Of a DNA stretch of 64,000 nt, positions 62,501-64,000 are shown piece by piece. The first letter of the stretch is position 1; each line of letters starts with the position of its first letter. The position numbers and the translations under genes were made by a program. The stretch spans positions 12,640 through 76,639 of the forward strand of contig JAUCBJ010000593.1 of assembly GCA_032718475.1 (NCBI GenBank), written 5' to 3'. Under the pieces are notes generated by a model. That model was not told the origin of the DNA. It was given only the letters and a program-made list of their open reading frames with translations, and searched no databases. The DNA is from Nemertoderma westbladi. Its lineage: Eukaryota > Animalia > Xenacoelomorpha.

Positions 62501-64000
62501 TAGTAGTTGATAATGCCAAGGTGCAAGAAGGTTAGTAGTTGATAATGCCAAGGTGCAAGAAGGTTAGTAGTTGATAATGCCAAGGTGCAAGAAGGTTAGT
62601 AGTTGATAATGCCAAGGTGCAAGAAGGTTAGTAGTTGATAATGCCAAGGTGCAAGAAGGTTAGTAGTTGATAATGCCAAGGTGCAAGAAGGTTAGTAGTT
62701 GATAATGCCAAGGTGCAAGAAGGTTAGTAGTTGATAATGCCAAGGTGCAAGAAGGTTAGTAGTTGATAATGCCAAGGTGCAAGAAGGTTAGTAGTTGATA
62801 ATGCCAAGGTGCAAGAAGGTTAGTAGTTGATAATGCCAAGGTGCAAGAAGGTTAGTAGTTGATAATGCCAAGGTGCAAGAAGGTTAGTAGTTGATAATGC
62901 CAAGGTGCAAGAAGGTTAGTAGTTGATAATGCCAAGGTGCAAGAAGGTTAGTAGTTGATAATGCCAAGGTGCAAGAAGGTTAGTAGTTGATAATGCCAAG
63001 GTGCAAGAAGGTTAGTAGTTGATAATGCCAAGGTGCAAGAAGGTTAGTAGTTGATAATGCCAAGGTGCAAGAAGGTTAGTAGTTGATAATGCCAAGGTGC
63101 AAGAAGGTTAGTAGTTGATAATGCCAAGGTGCAAGAAGGTTAGTAGTTGATAATGCCAAGGTGCAAGAAGGTTAGTAGTTGATAATGCCAAGGTGCAAGA
63201 AGGTTAGTAGTTGATAATGCCAAGGTGCAAGAAGGTTAGTAGTTGATAATGCCAAGGTGCAAGAAGGTTAGTAGTTGATAATGCCAAGGTGCAAGAAGGT
63301 TAGTAGTTGATAATGCCAAGGTGCAAGAAGGTTAGTAGTTGATAATGCCAAGGTGCAAGAAGGTTAGTAGTTGATAATGCCAAGGTGCAAGAAGGTTAGT
63401 AGTTGATAATGCCAAGGTGCAAGAAGGTTAGTAGTTGATAATGCCAAGGTGCAAGAAGGTTAGTAGTTGATAATGCCAAGGTGCAAGAAGGTTAGTAGTT
63501 GATAATGCCAAGGTGCAAGAAGGTTAGTAGTTGATAATGCCAAGGTGCAAGAAGGTTAGTAGTTGATAATGCCAAGGTGCAATAAGGTTAGTTGTTGATA
63601 ATGCCAAGGTGCAAGAAGGTTAGTAGTTGATAATGCCAAGGTGCAATAAGGTTAGTTGTTGATAATGCCAAGGTGCAATAAGGTTAGTTGTTGATAATGC
63701 CAAGGTGCAATAAGGTTAGTAGTTGATAATGCCAAGGTGCAAGAAGGTTAGTAGTTGATAATGCCAAGGTGCAAGAAGGTTAGTAGTTGATAATGCCAAG
63801 GTGCAATAAGGTTAGTAGTTGATAATGCCAAGGTGCAATAAGGTTAGTAGTTGATAATGCCAAGGTGCAAGAAGGTTAGTAGTTGATAATGCCAAGGTGC
63901 AAGAAGGTTAGTAGTTGATAATGCCAAGGTGCAAGAAGGTTAGTAGTTGATAATGCCAAGGTGCAATAAGGTTAGTTGTTGATAATGCCAAGGTGCAATA
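53517..64000. repeat. 32-bp near-perfect tandem array (GATAATGCCAAGGTGCAAGAAGGTTAGTAGTT), ~327 copies, runs off the right edge
   Basis: Directly visible; variant units seen only after ~63580. Confidence 0.99.

Noticed and set aside
53517-64000. Telomeric repeat
   Set aside because: Contains GGTTAG but is a 32-bp unit that matches the exon/intron junction, not (TTAGG)n or (TTAGGG)n.

Overview
Animal (probably invertebrate) genomic DNA, rich in repeats. (1) A + strand host gene with a laminin-G domain spans the window: a candidate 24-bp micro-exon (1691-1714) and two phase-compatible LamG exons (29939-30141, 53388-53538), separated by introns of about 28 kb and 23 kb. (2) The first intron holds a 53-bp satellite interrupted by a complete 15.1-kb BEL/Pao LTR element (3934-19011; 1.18-kb LTRs about 99% identical; TSD CTCCA). 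Its Gag-protease ORF is open, but RT, most of RNase H and the integrase are deleted in frame. In the env position it carries a second reading frame of about 1,300 codons with a WRN/Mut-7/EXD-like DEDDy 3'-5' exonuclease and CCHC zinc knuckles. This is the best candidate for a novel system. (3) The second intron nests two divergent genes with uninterrupted CDSs (PM20D2-like and PGM2-like), LINE and Pao remnants, and several unrelated minisatellites. (4) The last 10.5 kb is a near-perfect 32-bp array whose unit is the 3' end of the LamG exon plus its splice donor, giving about 327 donor copies. All domain calls come from motifs read by eye; no searches were run.
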